Assembly (NCBI GenBank): GCA_017468205.1
Contig: JAFUJK010000012.1
Span: forward strand, 2,256-66,255
Direction of reading: 5' to 3'
Origin: Clostridia bacterium
GTDB taxonomy: Bacteria > Bacillota > Clostridia > Christensenellales > UBA1242
Length of the DNA stretch: 64,000 bases
The translations under genes were made by a program, and so were the position numbers. The notes under the pieces are model-generated. The model made no database searches. It was not told the origin of the DNA and saw only the letters and a list, made by a program, of their open reading frames with translations. This document shows positions 40,349-50,127 of this stretch, in pieces. Every line of letters begins with the position of its first letter. Position 1 is the first letter of the stretch.

Positions 40349-40591
40349 TCATTCTTTAACTTCGATTTTTACATCACCACACAACACATCACTATAACTA
40401 TAACTGATTTTATCATTCTTTGTTGCATCTTTTAATCGTACAACAAATACACTGGCATAAATATCTTCAAGAACACCTTCATAATGAGTTATCTTTTTTC
40501 TCCCCTTATTTACTTCCATTTCAACATACTTGCCTTTAAGTTTTAAAATCTCATCCTTAACTTTGTTCAAATCCATTATTGGTTTACGCAT
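40349..40591 (-). CDS. veg: Veg protein
   Basis: 80 aa. KGRKKITHYEGVLEDIYASVFVVRL matches the Veg core. GAGAGG lies upstream of the ATG at 40591. Confidence 0.8.
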   Translation of the reverse strand: MRKPIMDLNKVKDEILKLKGKYVEMEVNKGRKKITHYEGVLEDIYASVFVVRLKDATKNDKISYSYSDVLCGDVKIEVKE

Positions 40592-40750
40592 AACTACCTC
40601 TCACGATAAGGTTGTGCAAATTGCATAATTTTTAGTCAAAAACGCTAAATTATGCTATTTTTCGCGTTTTTTTGCGTAAAATTAAAGAAAAAACCAGTTT
40701 TTACTGGATTTTTCTGATTCATATATATATTTTTTTTGAAAAATTATAAA

Positions 40751-42730
40751 TTAGATAATTGAGTCAATTATTGTTTTTGTTTTCTTGATAAGTGCATCCA
40801 TTGTGCGCACAATATTAGGCAAAGTTAGCCCAAATTTATTGAAAATATCAGTTGGTTTTCCGCTCGCTCCAAAGCCATCTACTCCCAACACAACGCCGTC
40901 ATCGCCTGCCACTCGATACCATCCAGCGGTTGCGCCAGCCTCAATAACTAGGCGACATTTCATTTTACTTGGAAGCACTTTTTCAATATATTTCTTATCT
41001 TGCTTGAAAAAAAGTTCACGCTCTGGCATACTTACAACTCGAATTGAAAGTCCGTCATTTTCCATAATTTCCTTTGCTTTTATAGCAAGTTCGACCTCAC
41101 TACCGCTTGCAATAATGATGCCGTGCAATTCCTTTTTATTACTCTCTTGGCTTATCACATAACCGCCCAATAGAGCCAAATTTTTATCACTACCCTTAAT
41201 CAAAGGGAGTTTTTGACGAGAAAGAACAAGAGCTGTTGGCTTATTACTTTCAAGTGCTAATTTATAGCCTGCGATAGTTTCGGTTGCATCACAAGGACGA
41301 AAAACATTCAAGTTTGGAATAAGCCTTAATGCCTCAATTTGTTCGACAGGTTGATGCGTAGCACCGTCCTCACCAACTGCAATGCTGTCGTGAGTAAATA
41401 TAAAAAGTTCGCGCAAAGACATTAAAGAAGCCATACGAATTGAATATTTCATATAATCCGAAAACACTAAAAACGTAGAAGCGAATGGTAAAAATTCACC
41501 ATGCAGGGCTATTCCATTTGAAATAGCACCCATTGCGTGCTCTCGGACACCATAGGCAATATTTCGACCATTTGGGGTGTTTTCAGTAAAATAATCGCTA
41601 TTTTTAATAAATGCCAGCGTACTTTTTGATAAATCTGCACTACCACCTACCAGCGCAGGCAGGTTTCCCGCAACAGTTTGTAAAGCATAATGACTTGCTT
41701 CTCGGGTTGAAACAGCCTCTTTAAATTTAAGTCCATCAAGCTTTGAAACTGTTTTTTTAGTGTCGGGATTGAGCGCGCGAGACAAACTTGGATATTTTAC
41801 AGCATAACGCGAACGTAATTTTTTCCACTCATTATATTTTACTAATTTACTAGCACAAAGTTCAGCGCAATACTCATAAACCTCTTTATCCACATTAAAT
41901 GGTTCAGATTTTAGACCCAAATTTTTTATTGTTTCATTCATTGAAACTATATCAAATGGGTTGCCGTGACATTTGTTAGTGTTGGCAAAAGGACTTGAAA
42001 AACCTAAAATAGTATGACAAATTATGATATTAGGCTTATCCGAGTTTTTTGCATCGTTGATACAATTCAAGATTTCGTCAACATTATTACCATCTTTCAC
42101 TTCCAAAACATTCCATCCACAAGCCTCAAAACGCTCCCGGGCATTTTCAACTGAAGTAATATTTATCTCGCCATCAAGTGAAATTCTATTACTATCATAA
42201 AGCACAATCAACTTATTAAGCCTATTTTTTGACGCAAAAGAAGCACTTTCGTAAGAAATGCCTTCCATCAAATCGCCATCACCAACTATTGCGTAGGTAT
42301 AATGGTCGTAAATTTTATATTTAGGTTTATTATATTTTTGAAGCATTTTTTCAGCCATCGCCAACCCAACGGCATTGGCAAGTCCCTGTCCAAGTGCACC
42401 GGTTGAAACGTCTACACCTGCTGTTGAGATTTCAGGGTGTCCCGGAGTTTTGCTACCAAAACAACGGAAATTTTGCAAATCTTCCATACTCAAAAAGCCG
42501 AATAAATGCATTGCCGAATATAACAAAGCACTTCCGTGCCCAGCAGAAAGAACTATCCTATCACGATTTGCCCATTGAGTGTCGCTTGCAACAAAATTTG
42601 CGCTTGCAAAAACAGCATACATCAAAGGCGCACCGCCTAAAACAATTCCTGTATGCCCAGAATTTGCCGTAACCACTTGATTTAACCCCAATGCGCGCAT
42701 AGTGTTGATTACTTTTTGCTTAATTTCCAT
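40751..42730 (-). CDS. tkt: transketolase
   Basis: 659 aa. SGHTG, the GDGDLMEG ThDP motif and Pyr and C-terminal domains on a single polypeptide. Confidence 0.93.
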   Translation of the reverse strand: MEIKQKVINTMRALGLNQVVTANSGHTGIVLGGAPLMYAVFASANFVASDTQWANRDRIVLSAGHGSALLYSAMHLFGFLSMEDLQNFRCFGSKTPGHPEISTAGVDVSTGALGQGLANAVGLAMAEKMLQKYNKPKYKIYDHYTYAIVGDGDLMEGISYESASFASKNRLNKLIVLYDSNRISLDGEINITSVENARERFEACGWNVLEVKDGNNVDEILNCINDAKNSDKPNIIICHTILGFSSPFANTNKCHGNPFDIVSMNETIKNLGLKSEPFNVDKEVYEYCAELCASKLVKYNEWKKLRSRYAVKYPSLSRALNPDTKKTVSKLDGLKFKEAVSTREASHYALQTVAGNLPALVGGSADLSKSTLAFIKNSDYFTENTPNGRNIAYGVREHAMGAISNGIALHGEFLPFASTFLVFSDYMKYSIRMASLMSLRELFIFTHDSIAVGEDGATHQPVEQIEALRLIPNLNVFRPCDATETIAGYKLALESNKPTALVLSRQKLPLIKGSDKNLALLGGYVISQESNKKELHGIIIASGSEVELAIKAKEIMENDGLSIRVVSMPERELFFKQDKKYIEKVLPSKMKCRLVIEAGATAGWYRVAGDDGVVLGVDGFGASGKPTDIFNKFGLTLPNIVRTMDALIKKTKTIIDSII

Positions 42731-42771
42731 AAAATACCCCCAATTTTAATAAAAAAAGCGCTCAGGCTTAC

Positions 42772-43317
42772 TCAAGCAACTTGCTTGCGTTTATGCTCTC
42801 GCGCCATTTTTTTGAAAAATTTATTAATCGCTTTCATAAGTTTTTTTACTGCTTTTTGCTCCTTAAAAGCACTGCAATTAAGGACAATATCACTTTTTTC
42901 AACGTAAAATTTGTCGCGCTCGGTAAAAGCAATATTGTTCAATTCTTGGTCAACATAATCGCCCGAATATTTACAACGTTGTTCAAAAAACTTTGGCGAA
43001 ATCTGCAAATAGACTACGTAACTAGTATTTACAATTTTTTCAAAATTATCATTAGAAAACATAGTCGTTGGATTCATACAAATAATTGTATTTTCAAACG
43101 ACGTAACGTTCCCTACAACTTTATTCTCGCATTTATTTATATACTTTTCGCCGTCAGACTTGCCCAAGGTATCAACAACGTGCTCCGCGTCCCCCAATTC
43201 AAACTGCACCATATCATCAACATTTACGTAGAACATTTCAAGTTTTTCAGCCATAATTTTAGAAACATTTTTAGCGTAATTTTCTAAAAGACATATAAAG
43301 GCAATATTTGTTTTCAT
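42772..43317 (-). CDS. shikimate-kinase-like protein with degenerate P-loop
   Basis: 181 aa, colinear with the AroK fold pattern. The Walker A position reads IAFICLLENYAKNV instead of GxxGxGKS/T. Confidence 0.45.
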   Translation of the reverse strand: MKTNIAFICLLENYAKNVSKIMAEKLEMFYVNVDDMVQFELGDAEHVVDTLGKSDGEKYINKCENKVVGNVTSFENTIICMNPTTMFSNDNFEKIVNTSYVVYLQISPKFFEQRCKYSGDYVDQELNNIAFTERDKFYVEKSDIVLNCSAFKEQKAVKKLMKAINKFFKKMAREHKRKQVA

Positions 43318-43399
43318 AAGGACATCTCCAAATCATTGTACCTTACTATACCAAAAAATAAATTTTTTTGCAAATAAATTGTGTACTTTACATAAAATT

Positions 43400-44065
43400 T
43401 TAACGCAAATTTGCATTATTTATATATTTTTTCGCTATTTCTACATATTTTTGGAGTATTTCAATACTTAATGGTTCAGGCGCATCAGGCAAAAAATGAG
43501 GCTTTAAATAAGGTTGAAGAATATACCTTTTTGCTCCCGCAATTCCCTTTGCCATTTCTTCAATATCGAATTCAGTTAAGTCTGGCGTAACTGTAGTGCG
43601 AAATTCATATTCAATTTTGCTATCCAATAAAATTCGTTTACTTTCCTCAACTTTCTCCCTTGCGACACTAACACCTGCCATATCATCTAATTTTTCAATC
43701 GAAGTTTTGACGTCCATTGCAACATAATCGACCAAATTGTTAGTAATAAGATATTCCAGCATTTTAGGATTTGTGCCATTTGTGTCTAACTTCACATCGA
43801 AGCCCATTTCTTTAATTTTGCGAATAAATTGGGGCAAATCTTCGTGAATTGTTGGTTCACCGCCACATACAACAACTCCATCAATCCAACCTTTCCTAGC
43901 CTCTAAAAAGGAGAAAAATTCGAGGCTTAGGTCAGTTGAATTTTCAAGCAACTGCGCATTTTGGCAATACCAACAACGCCAATTACAACCAAAAGTAAAA
44001 GCGACACAAGCAATGTGTCGTGGAAAATCTATAAGTGAATTTTTAATATATTTTACGATTTTCAT
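43400..44065 (-). CDS. nrdG: anaerobic ribonucleoside-triphosphate reductase activating protein (radical SAM)
   Basis: 221 aa. CNWRCWYC (CxxxCxxC). It lies immediately downstream of nrdD. Confidence 0.88.
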   Translation of the reverse strand: MKIVKYIKNSLIDFPRHIACVAFTFGCNWRCWYCQNAQLLENSTDLSLEFFSFLEARKGWIDGVVVCGGEPTIHEDLPQFIRKIKEMGFDVKLDTNGTNPKMLEYLITNNLVDYVAMDVKTSIEKLDDMAGVSVAREKVEESKRILLDSKIEYEFRTTVTPDLTEFDIEEMAKGIAGAKRYILQPYLKPHFLPDAPEPLSIEILQKYVEIAKKYINNANLR

Positions 44066-44083
44066 TCTTTTACTCTCTTTATT

Positions 44084-46237
44084 TTATGCGGCAGCGCCAC
44101 TTAAACCATTTTTTTCGCGTTGAAGTTGCTCCAACTCATCTTGTGATAAAAGTTGTTCTGGCTTAATTTCGAATTTTTTACGTTCCATATACTCACGTTG
44201 TTTAGACTTATTGAAATCTTTGACGCAACGGAAGTACCCCACAACACGCGACCAAACTTCTGCCTCCTTACCGCAATGAGGACAAGTAAAGTGCTCGCCA
44301 GCAAGATAGCCGTGTTCTGGACATACACTAAATGTTGGAGTGATGCTGATATAAGGCATTTCATTATTTTCAAACACTTTGCGAATTAGACTCTTACAAG
44401 TTTCGCGGTCTGTAATTCTCTCGCCTAGGTAAAGGTGCAAAACTGTTCCGCCCGTATACATTGATTGAAGTTTATCTTGCAAACGAACAACCTCAAAAAT
44501 ATCGTCAGTATAACCAACTGGGATTTGGGTAGAGTTTGTGTAGTATGGTTCGTCTCCACCTGCAGTAATTATATCCGGATAACGAGCCTTGTCAAGACGA
44601 GCAAGACGAGCAGAAACACCTTCTGCTGGGGTTGCTTCGAGGTTATATTGGTTTCCAGTTTCCTCTTGGAATTTTACCATTTTTTCGCGCAACATTGTCA
44701 TAACTTCGATTGCAAAAGCCTGTCCTTCGTCAGTAGTAATATCTTTACCAAAAAGGTTCAAGAGCGCTTCATTCATACCATTTACACCAATTGTTGCAAA
44801 GTGGTTTGCCCAATATTGCCCACTGCGCTCCTTGACTGGACGCAAGTAGAAAGCTGAATATGGATAAAGTCCATTATCAGTTTGTTTTTCAATCATCTTT
44901 CTCTTGATTTCAAGGCTAGTTTTTGCGATTTCAGCCAATTTCTCTACACGTTCCAAGAATTCCTCTTTTGTCTTTGAAAGATAACCAATTCGTGGCAAAT
45001 TGATGGTAACCACACCTATCGAACCAGTCAATGGATTAGACCCGAACAATCCTCCACCGCGCTTACGCAACTCACTCAAATCAAGGCGTAGACGACAGCA
45101 CATTGAAAGCGCATCTTCTGGACTTAATGTAGAATTAATGTAGTTGGCAAAATAAGGAATACCATATTTACAGGTCATATCCATAATAGCATTTACAACA
45201 GGACTATCCCAATCAAGTTCTTTTGTTATGTTAATTGTTGGAATTGGGAAAGTAAAAATTCTTCCATTCGCATCACCTTGCATCATAACTTCGCAAAGTG
45301 CAAGGTTGAACATATCCATCTCTTTTTGAAACTCGCCATAAGTGCGGTCTTGTGGGACACCACCGATGATAACAGGTCTATCCTTTAACAAAGAGTGAAC
45401 CTTAATATCAAGTGTGATATTACTAAACGGACATTGGAAACCAACGCGAGTCGCAACGTTCATATTAAATACCCAACCTTGCAAAATTTGCTTAACTTCC
45501 TCATAACTAAGGTTGTCATAAGCAATAAAAGGTGCGCAATATGTATCGAAACTACTCCAAGCCTGTGCGCCAGCACTCTCGCCTTGAAGAGTAAAAGTTG
45601 CATTTGTAATTTGCCCCAAGAAACTACGCAAGTGCTTTGGTGGAGTTGAAGAAATTTTCCCCGGCACACCCGTAAAACCAAGTGTTAAAATCTGCGCCAA
45701 ATCCCAACCAACACAATAACTTCCAAAGAAGCCCAAGTCGTGCAAGTGAATATCTCCGCTTAAATGCGCTTCGCGCACATCAACTGGATATACTTCATTT
45801 AACCAGTAATTTTTTGTAAACTCCTCGCGAACAAAGTTGTTAAGCCCTGCAACCGAACGTTGCATATTTGCGTTTTCCTTTGTTGACCAGTCTGTATCAT
45901 CAATATACTTGTCAAAAAGGTCAATAGTAGCGCCAACAAGTGCATTCTTCTCCCTCGCAGTCTTGCGCTTCTCTCTATATAAAATATATGCCTTTGCGGT
46001 CTGGCTGTGGCGATTGTCGATTAATACATATTCAACTGCATCTTGAATTTGTTCAACCGTTGGCACGCGGTCGCCCACGCGCACTTTGAGCAACTCCACA
46101 ACCTTTTGCGCCAATGATTTTGCTGTTTCGTAGTTGCTTCCATTACAAGCAACGGCAGCTTTATATATTGCATCTGCAATCTTATCTATATTAAACTCTT
46201 GATATGTTCCATCTCTTTTCAAAACTTTGTCTATCAT
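44084..46237 (-). CDS. nrdD: anaerobic ribonucleoside-triphosphate reductase
   Basis: 717 aa. N-terminal ATP-cone, a C-terminal Zn site (CPEHG...CPHCG) and the glycyl-radical segment RVVGY. Confidence 0.93.
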   Translation of the reverse strand: MIDKVLKRDGTYQEFNIDKIADAIYKAAVACNGSNYETAKSLAQKVVELLKVRVGDRVPTVEQIQDAVEYVLIDNRHSQTAKAYILYREKRKTAREKNALVGATIDLFDKYIDDTDWSTKENANMQRSVAGLNNFVREEFTKNYWLNEVYPVDVREAHLSGDIHLHDLGFFGSYCVGWDLAQILTLGFTGVPGKISSTPPKHLRSFLGQITNATFTLQGESAGAQAWSSFDTYCAPFIAYDNLSYEEVKQILQGWVFNMNVATRVGFQCPFSNITLDIKVHSLLKDRPVIIGGVPQDRTYGEFQKEMDMFNLALCEVMMQGDANGRIFTFPIPTINITKELDWDSPVVNAIMDMTCKYGIPYFANYINSTLSPEDALSMCCRLRLDLSELRKRGGGLFGSNPLTGSIGVVTINLPRIGYLSKTKEEFLERVEKLAEIAKTSLEIKRKMIEKQTDNGLYPYSAFYLRPVKERSGQYWANHFATIGVNGMNEALLNLFGKDITTDEGQAFAIEVMTMLREKMVKFQEETGNQYNLEATPAEGVSARLARLDKARYPDIITAGGDEPYYTNSTQIPVGYTDDIFEVVRLQDKLQSMYTGGTVLHLYLGERITDRETCKSLIRKVFENNEMPYISITPTFSVCPEHGYLAGEHFTCPHCGKEAEVWSRVVGYFRCVKDFNKSKQREYMERKKFEIKPEQLLSQDELEQLQREKNGLSGAAA

Positions 46238-46280
46238 ATGTACCTGCTCCTTATTTTTGATATACTCCCATTATACCCAA

Positions 46281-46296
46281 ACACTATATATTGTGT
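46281..46296. promoter_or_regulatory. NrdR box 1 (ACACTATATATTGTGT)
   Basis: 16-bp palindrome matching the published NrdR-box consensus acaCwAtATaTwGtgt, upstream of nrdD. Confidence 0.7.
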
Positions 46297-46313
46297 CAAC
46301 TGATTTATTAAGC

Positions 46314-46329
46314 ATACTATATATTGTGT
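46314..46329. promoter_or_regulatory. NrdR box 2 (ATACTATATATTGTGT)
   Basis: Second near-identical box, 33 bp centre-to-centre from box 1. Tandem boxes are typical. Confidence 0.7.
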
Positions 46330-46533
46330 TATTTTTGTACTTTTTGCACAAATTGATGATTTTTTTGCGATGGAATAAAAATTACTTTTTTTAATAAAAT
46401 TCTACATTTTGCGCATAGTTTCAATGTAAAAATGCATTTTAAAAAGTATAAATATAAAGAAAAACTGTATCGAAATAACTCGTTGCAGTTTTCCACATTT
46501 TTTATTTTTAGGTGGATTTAAAAATAAATTTTA

Positions 46534-48039
46534 TCATTTTTTGGATTTTTTGATAGATTTGATGACACTTGGAACGATTATAAGCAGAACTACCCCCGCC
46601 ATTATAATTATGCCAACAACAATGTGCCACCATTTTGTTTCGCTTATCTCGACTTCCCCGTCCTTTGAGATGCCTACAACATAAGGAGTTATGCTTGTGC
46701 CAGTGTTAGCACTTGCTGTATCTCCTTCAATAGAGATTTCGCCTTCATAATTAAAGCCGATTACGATATTTCCGTTCATATATGTTCCAAAAATACAATT
46801 TCTAGGAACACCTGAATCTAAAAAGCGTTGTACAGCATTTGGGTGTGGGTGTCCATATTCATTGTTAAGACCACAAGAACAAATCACTACTTCTGGGTCA
46901 AGTGCAGCAAGGAACTCAGCACTACTACTTGTACCACTTCCGTGGTGTCCTGCATCCATAATATCTACATTTGGAAGACTTGAACCGTAAGTTGCCAAAA
47001 TATCTTCTTCAAGTTTTTCCTCTGTGTCACCAGTAAAGCAAATTTTTGTGTTCTTATATTCCAACACAATTAAACAAGAATAGTCATTCCAGTCTTTGTA
47101 CAAAGCTGTTTTACTTACAGGAGCATACCAAGTAAATTTGTAAGCGGTGTCGCCTGAACCGCCTTGAATTGTGGTGTTTGGCTCAGAAAATCTTACTTCC
47201 CCGCCCAAAGCTTCAGCCTCTTCATACATTGCTGATAACGCATTATACATTGAACTTGTGCTCTTTACATTGAAACCATCATGTCCTTTTGACTTGTCTT
47301 TGTAGTCATCTTCTGTTACGTACAAAGCACCCACATTACTAGCGAGCTTAATTTCATCTTGTTCAAATGCTTGTTGAGCTTGTTGCTTTGCTGTCAAAGT
47401 TGCGCCGTCTTCCAATTCACTTTCGTCAAAAGCATAGAAAGTGTAAGGGCGGAACATTGTCATAACGTCAATGTCGTTGTCACTAATTATAGCATCCATA
47501 TAAGCCAAGTGGTCATAGTCTGGGTGAGTTAGAACAAGATAATCCAACTTACCACTATCCCCATTACCGCTTATTAATTTTGTTTTGATATAAGATAAAA
47601 TGTTATTTTCAATTTCATCAGATTTTGTTTTCATTGAACTACCAGCGTCAATGAGCATATTTTTGCCGTCTGGCAAATTAATTAAAATACAATCACCCTG
47701 CGCTACATCCATATACGTAATAGATAGTTCGCTATCATTAAATGCATCAGGCGCACCAACAATTATGCCATCACGCTCGATTGAAACGTTGATTTTACTT
47801 TCAAAGTAATCTGCGAATGGAAGAGTGCAAAGCGCAACAATTGTTATTAACGCAAAAATTGCAAACAGCCATTTATACGAACGTGCATTTTTAAATGCCG
47901 TTTTCATTTGATTTACATCACTTTTGCTTAATTCTTTGTTTCCGCTAGTTACCTTCGAAATCGTCTTTTCCGCTTTGTTCAGGCTGTTCTGCGCTTGCTT
48001 CGCTTTCCTTCTCGCCTCGTTGTACTTGTCCCAAGACAT
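46534..48039 (-). CDS. membrane-anchored metallo-beta-lactamase-fold protein (ComEC C-terminal-domain-like)
   Basis: Start taken at the ATG at 48039 (AGGAGGAG upstream). N- and C-terminal TM segments. VAQGDCILINLPDGKNMLIDAG and LVLTHPDYDH are MBL motifs. Confidence 0.7.
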   Translation of the reverse strand: MSWDKYNEARRKAKQAQNSLNKAEKTISKVTSGNKELSKSDVNQMKTAFKNARSYKWLFAIFALITIVALCTLPFADYFESKINVSIERDGIIVGAPDAFNDSELSITYMDVAQGDCILINLPDGKNMLIDAGSSMKTKSDEIENNILSYIKTKLISGNGDSGKLDYLVLTHPDYDHLAYMDAIISDNDIDVMTMFRPYTFYAFDESELEDGATLTAKQQAQQAFEQDEIKLASNVGALYVTEDDYKDKSKGHDGFNVKSTSSMYNALSAMYEEAEALGGEVRFSEPNTTIQGGSGDTAYKFTWYAPVSKTALYKDWNDYSCLIVLEYKNTKICFTGDTEEKLEEDILATYGSSLPNVDIMDAGHHGSGTSSSAEFLAALDPEVVICSCGLNNEYGHPHPNAVQRFLDSGVPRNCIFGTYMNGNIVIGFNYEGEISIEGDTASANTGTSITPYVVGISKDGEVEISETKWWHIVVGIIIMAGVVLLIIVPSVIKSIKKSKK

Positions 48040-48997
48040 TTTTCTCCTCCTCATTTTTTATTGTTTTTTTGACCTTAGCAATCTGCTTTGCCTTTCTCTG
48101 CATTTGCTTCAAACGGCGTGCAGTTTCCTTAATATTCTCGTCAGGAACGCGCATTCCAAGGACTTTGAGAATATTAGGCATTTCTTGCTTTGTAACCTCG
48201 TAGCCGATGCGTATCATATCGTCAATGCCGTCAAGTTTGGTCTGGTCATACTGCGACAGGTCAATTTTAAGCACATAATCCGAATGCACATAACCTTTGA
48301 CCGAGTTTGCTTTCATAAGTATACGCAATGCCGCCTTCATAACTTCTAGATATTTCGTGCTATCCGTGCCATAACCACGCGTTGGGTTAATGTCAACAGC
48401 AAGCACAATATCAGCCCCCATTTCGCGTACTACGTCCGCTGGGATATTGTTCATAATACCACCGTCAAAAAAGCGATATTCGCCATATTCAACTGGATTG
48501 AACACTCCTGGAACAGCACACGAACCAGCAATCGCAGTTGGTAAATCCCCGCTGTCAACGTGAACCTCTTTTGCTGTAATAATATCAACAGCAACCGCTG
48601 TAAATGGAATTTTCAAGTCTTGAAAACTGCGTCCTTCAAGAGCCTCGCGAACAACCGCAATAAGTTTGTCGGTCTTGCTAGGAACAAAGTTAATCTTGCT
48701 TGTGCGAATGTCCTTAACCTTCAATGACTTCGCAATTTTTTCCATTTCCTCAGGCAGAAGTCCCGCACTATAAGCCGCGCCCATAAGCGAGCCAACAGAT
48801 GTCCCCGATATGAAGTCAAATTTCAACCCTGCCTCGTTAAAAGCCTTGATAACACCGATGTACGCAATGCCACGAGTACCGCCACCACTAAACGCAAGCC
48901 CCAGTTTAAGCGGATGCAAAACTTGATTTGTATCCTGCTCGATTTTACGAGTGGTGGGCTTTTTAAAAAGATTTTTCATCCAACCAGAAACACTCAT
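47945..48997 (-). CDS. patatin-like phospholipase
   Basis: 350 aa. The oxyanion GGGTRG, the GTSVG nucleophile elbow (GxSxG) and the DGG catalytic Asp. The tail is Lys/Glu-rich. Confidence 0.85.
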   Translation of the reverse strand: MSVSGWMKNLFKKPTTRKIEQDTNQVLHPLKLGLAFSGGGTRGIAYIGVIKAFNEAGLKFDFISGTSVGSLMGAAYSAGLLPEEMEKIAKSLKVKDIRTSKINFVPSKTDKLIAVVREALEGRSFQDLKIPFTAVAVDIITAKEVHVDSGDLPTAIAGSCAVPGVFNPVEYGEYRFFDGGIMNNIPADVVREMGADIVLAVDINPTRGYGTDSTKYLEVMKAALRILMKANSVKGYVHSDYVLKIDLSQYDQTKLDGIDDMIRIGYEVTKQEMPNILKVLGMRVPDENIKETARRLKQMQRKAKQIAKVKKTIKNEEEKNVLGQVQRGEKESEASAEQPEQSGKDDFEGN

Positions 48998-49090
48998 AAA
49001 CGTACCTCACAAAAATCTTTTATATATTCTAGCAAAAATTAAACAAAATCGCAAACATTATACGCAAATTTTTTTAAAAATATTAACAAC

Positions 49091-49124
49091 AAAAAACACT
49101 TTGGTTTTATGCCAAAGTGTCTTT
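49091..49124 (-). terminator. intrinsic terminator after lipoprotein gene (repeat copy T1)
   Basis: ACACTTTGG / CCAAAGTGT 9-bp stem with a T6 run on the minus strand. It is near-identical to 50128-50160. Confidence 0.7.
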
Positions 49125-49147
49125 ACAATTCACACTAAAAAAATTTT

Positions 49148-49966
49148 TTAATTAAAACTGTCCATAGTAATGTCCCAAGCGGCTTGGAAACTTGCGGCAA
49201 AGTTATTTGCAGCATCTTCAACTTGAACGAAATCGTCGCCATAGAAGTCAATCAAATCAGCCTTCAATGCAACGTGCCTTGCGCTGGTGTATTCATCGCC
49301 CTCTACATTAACAGCGCGCAAGCCATTTGTTGCGTCATAAGTTAGGAAGTAAGAAGTAAAGTTTACGTCTGTCAAACTATCAGCAGTTTGGCTGGCACAG
49401 ATTGCAACGCAATATTCATAAGAGTTCATTTTTTCATTCTTGAAATCATAGTCAACTTCAAATGCAATATAGTTAACACTATATGTGTTGTATGTAGTTT
49501 CTTCACTCATAACAACACTTTCACCTTTAAGCACGCCATTTTCGTACTTTAATGTCATTTGAATACCAAAATCAGCTGTAGAGCTTCCATTTGAAATAGT
49601 AGCATTACCTTTAATCATTTCACCAGACTCGTAAATTTCAATAGAGTTTAATGAAATTAAACTATTCAAAGTTGCAAGCATCATAGTGTTACCAGTCGCC
49701 ATACCAACACCTGTACTGTCTACTTCGTCCCAAGGCAAAAGTTCGCTTTCTTCTGCATCAACAAGTCCGCCAAGCAACGGAGTAGATACCGCAGGGGTTG
49801 AATATTGCGCTTCAATGGTTGTTTTAACAGCTGTAAGTGCTTCAATATACTCCTCTTTTGTGAGTTTGTTAGAGCCACAACCAACAAAAGAAAGTGCAAC
49901 AATAAGCGTCATAAAAACTGATGCTACAACCGTAAAAATGCTCTTTGATTGTCTTGTATTTTCCAT
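49148..49966 (-). CDS. putative lipoprotein
   Basis: 272 aa. Signal peptide with the lipobox LSFVGC-GS. AAGGAG lies upstream. Confidence 0.7.
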   Translation of the reverse strand: MENTRQSKSIFTVVASVFMTLIVALSFVGCGSNKLTKEEYIEALTAVKTTIEAQYSTPAVSTPLLGGLVDAEESELLPWDEVDSTGVGMATGNTMMLATLNSLISLNSIEIYESGEMIKGNATISNGSSTADFGIQMTLKYENGVLKGESVVMSEETTYNTYSVNYIAFEVDYDFKNEKMNSYEYCVAICASQTADSLTDVNFTSYFLTYDATNGLRAVNVEGDEYTSARHVALKADLIDFYGDDFVQVEDAANNFAASFQAAWDITMDSFN

Positions 49967-50014
49967 TGTTTTTCTCCTTTTTTTAAACTCGAGAAAACAA
50001 GTTTCTCTATGCTA

Positions 50015-50046
50015 ATTATAGCACCCCCCCCCCCTCCAAATGTCAA
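50015..50046 (-). promoter_or_regulatory. promoter with G11 homopolymer in a 20-nt spacer (TTGACA-N20-TGcTATAAT)
   Basis: The minus strand has TTGACA (50046-50041), the spacer tttgga-G11-tgc (50040-50021) and TATAAT (50020-50015), with TG at -15/-14. On the plus strand the run is C x11 at 50024-50034. Confidence 0.6.
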
Positions 50047-50127
50047 GCGATTTGGGGTGTTTTTTTGAAATTTTTTAGTCAATTTTTGAGCATTCAAAAC
50101 TCGATTTCTAGTACATTTTTCCACAAT

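Noticed and set aside
42781-43287. 168-aa plus-strand ORF opposite the shikimate-kinase-like gene
   Set aside because: The sequence is Phe/Ile/Asn-rich with no motifs or SD. The minus-strand frame shows kinase-fold colinearity and fits the operon direction.
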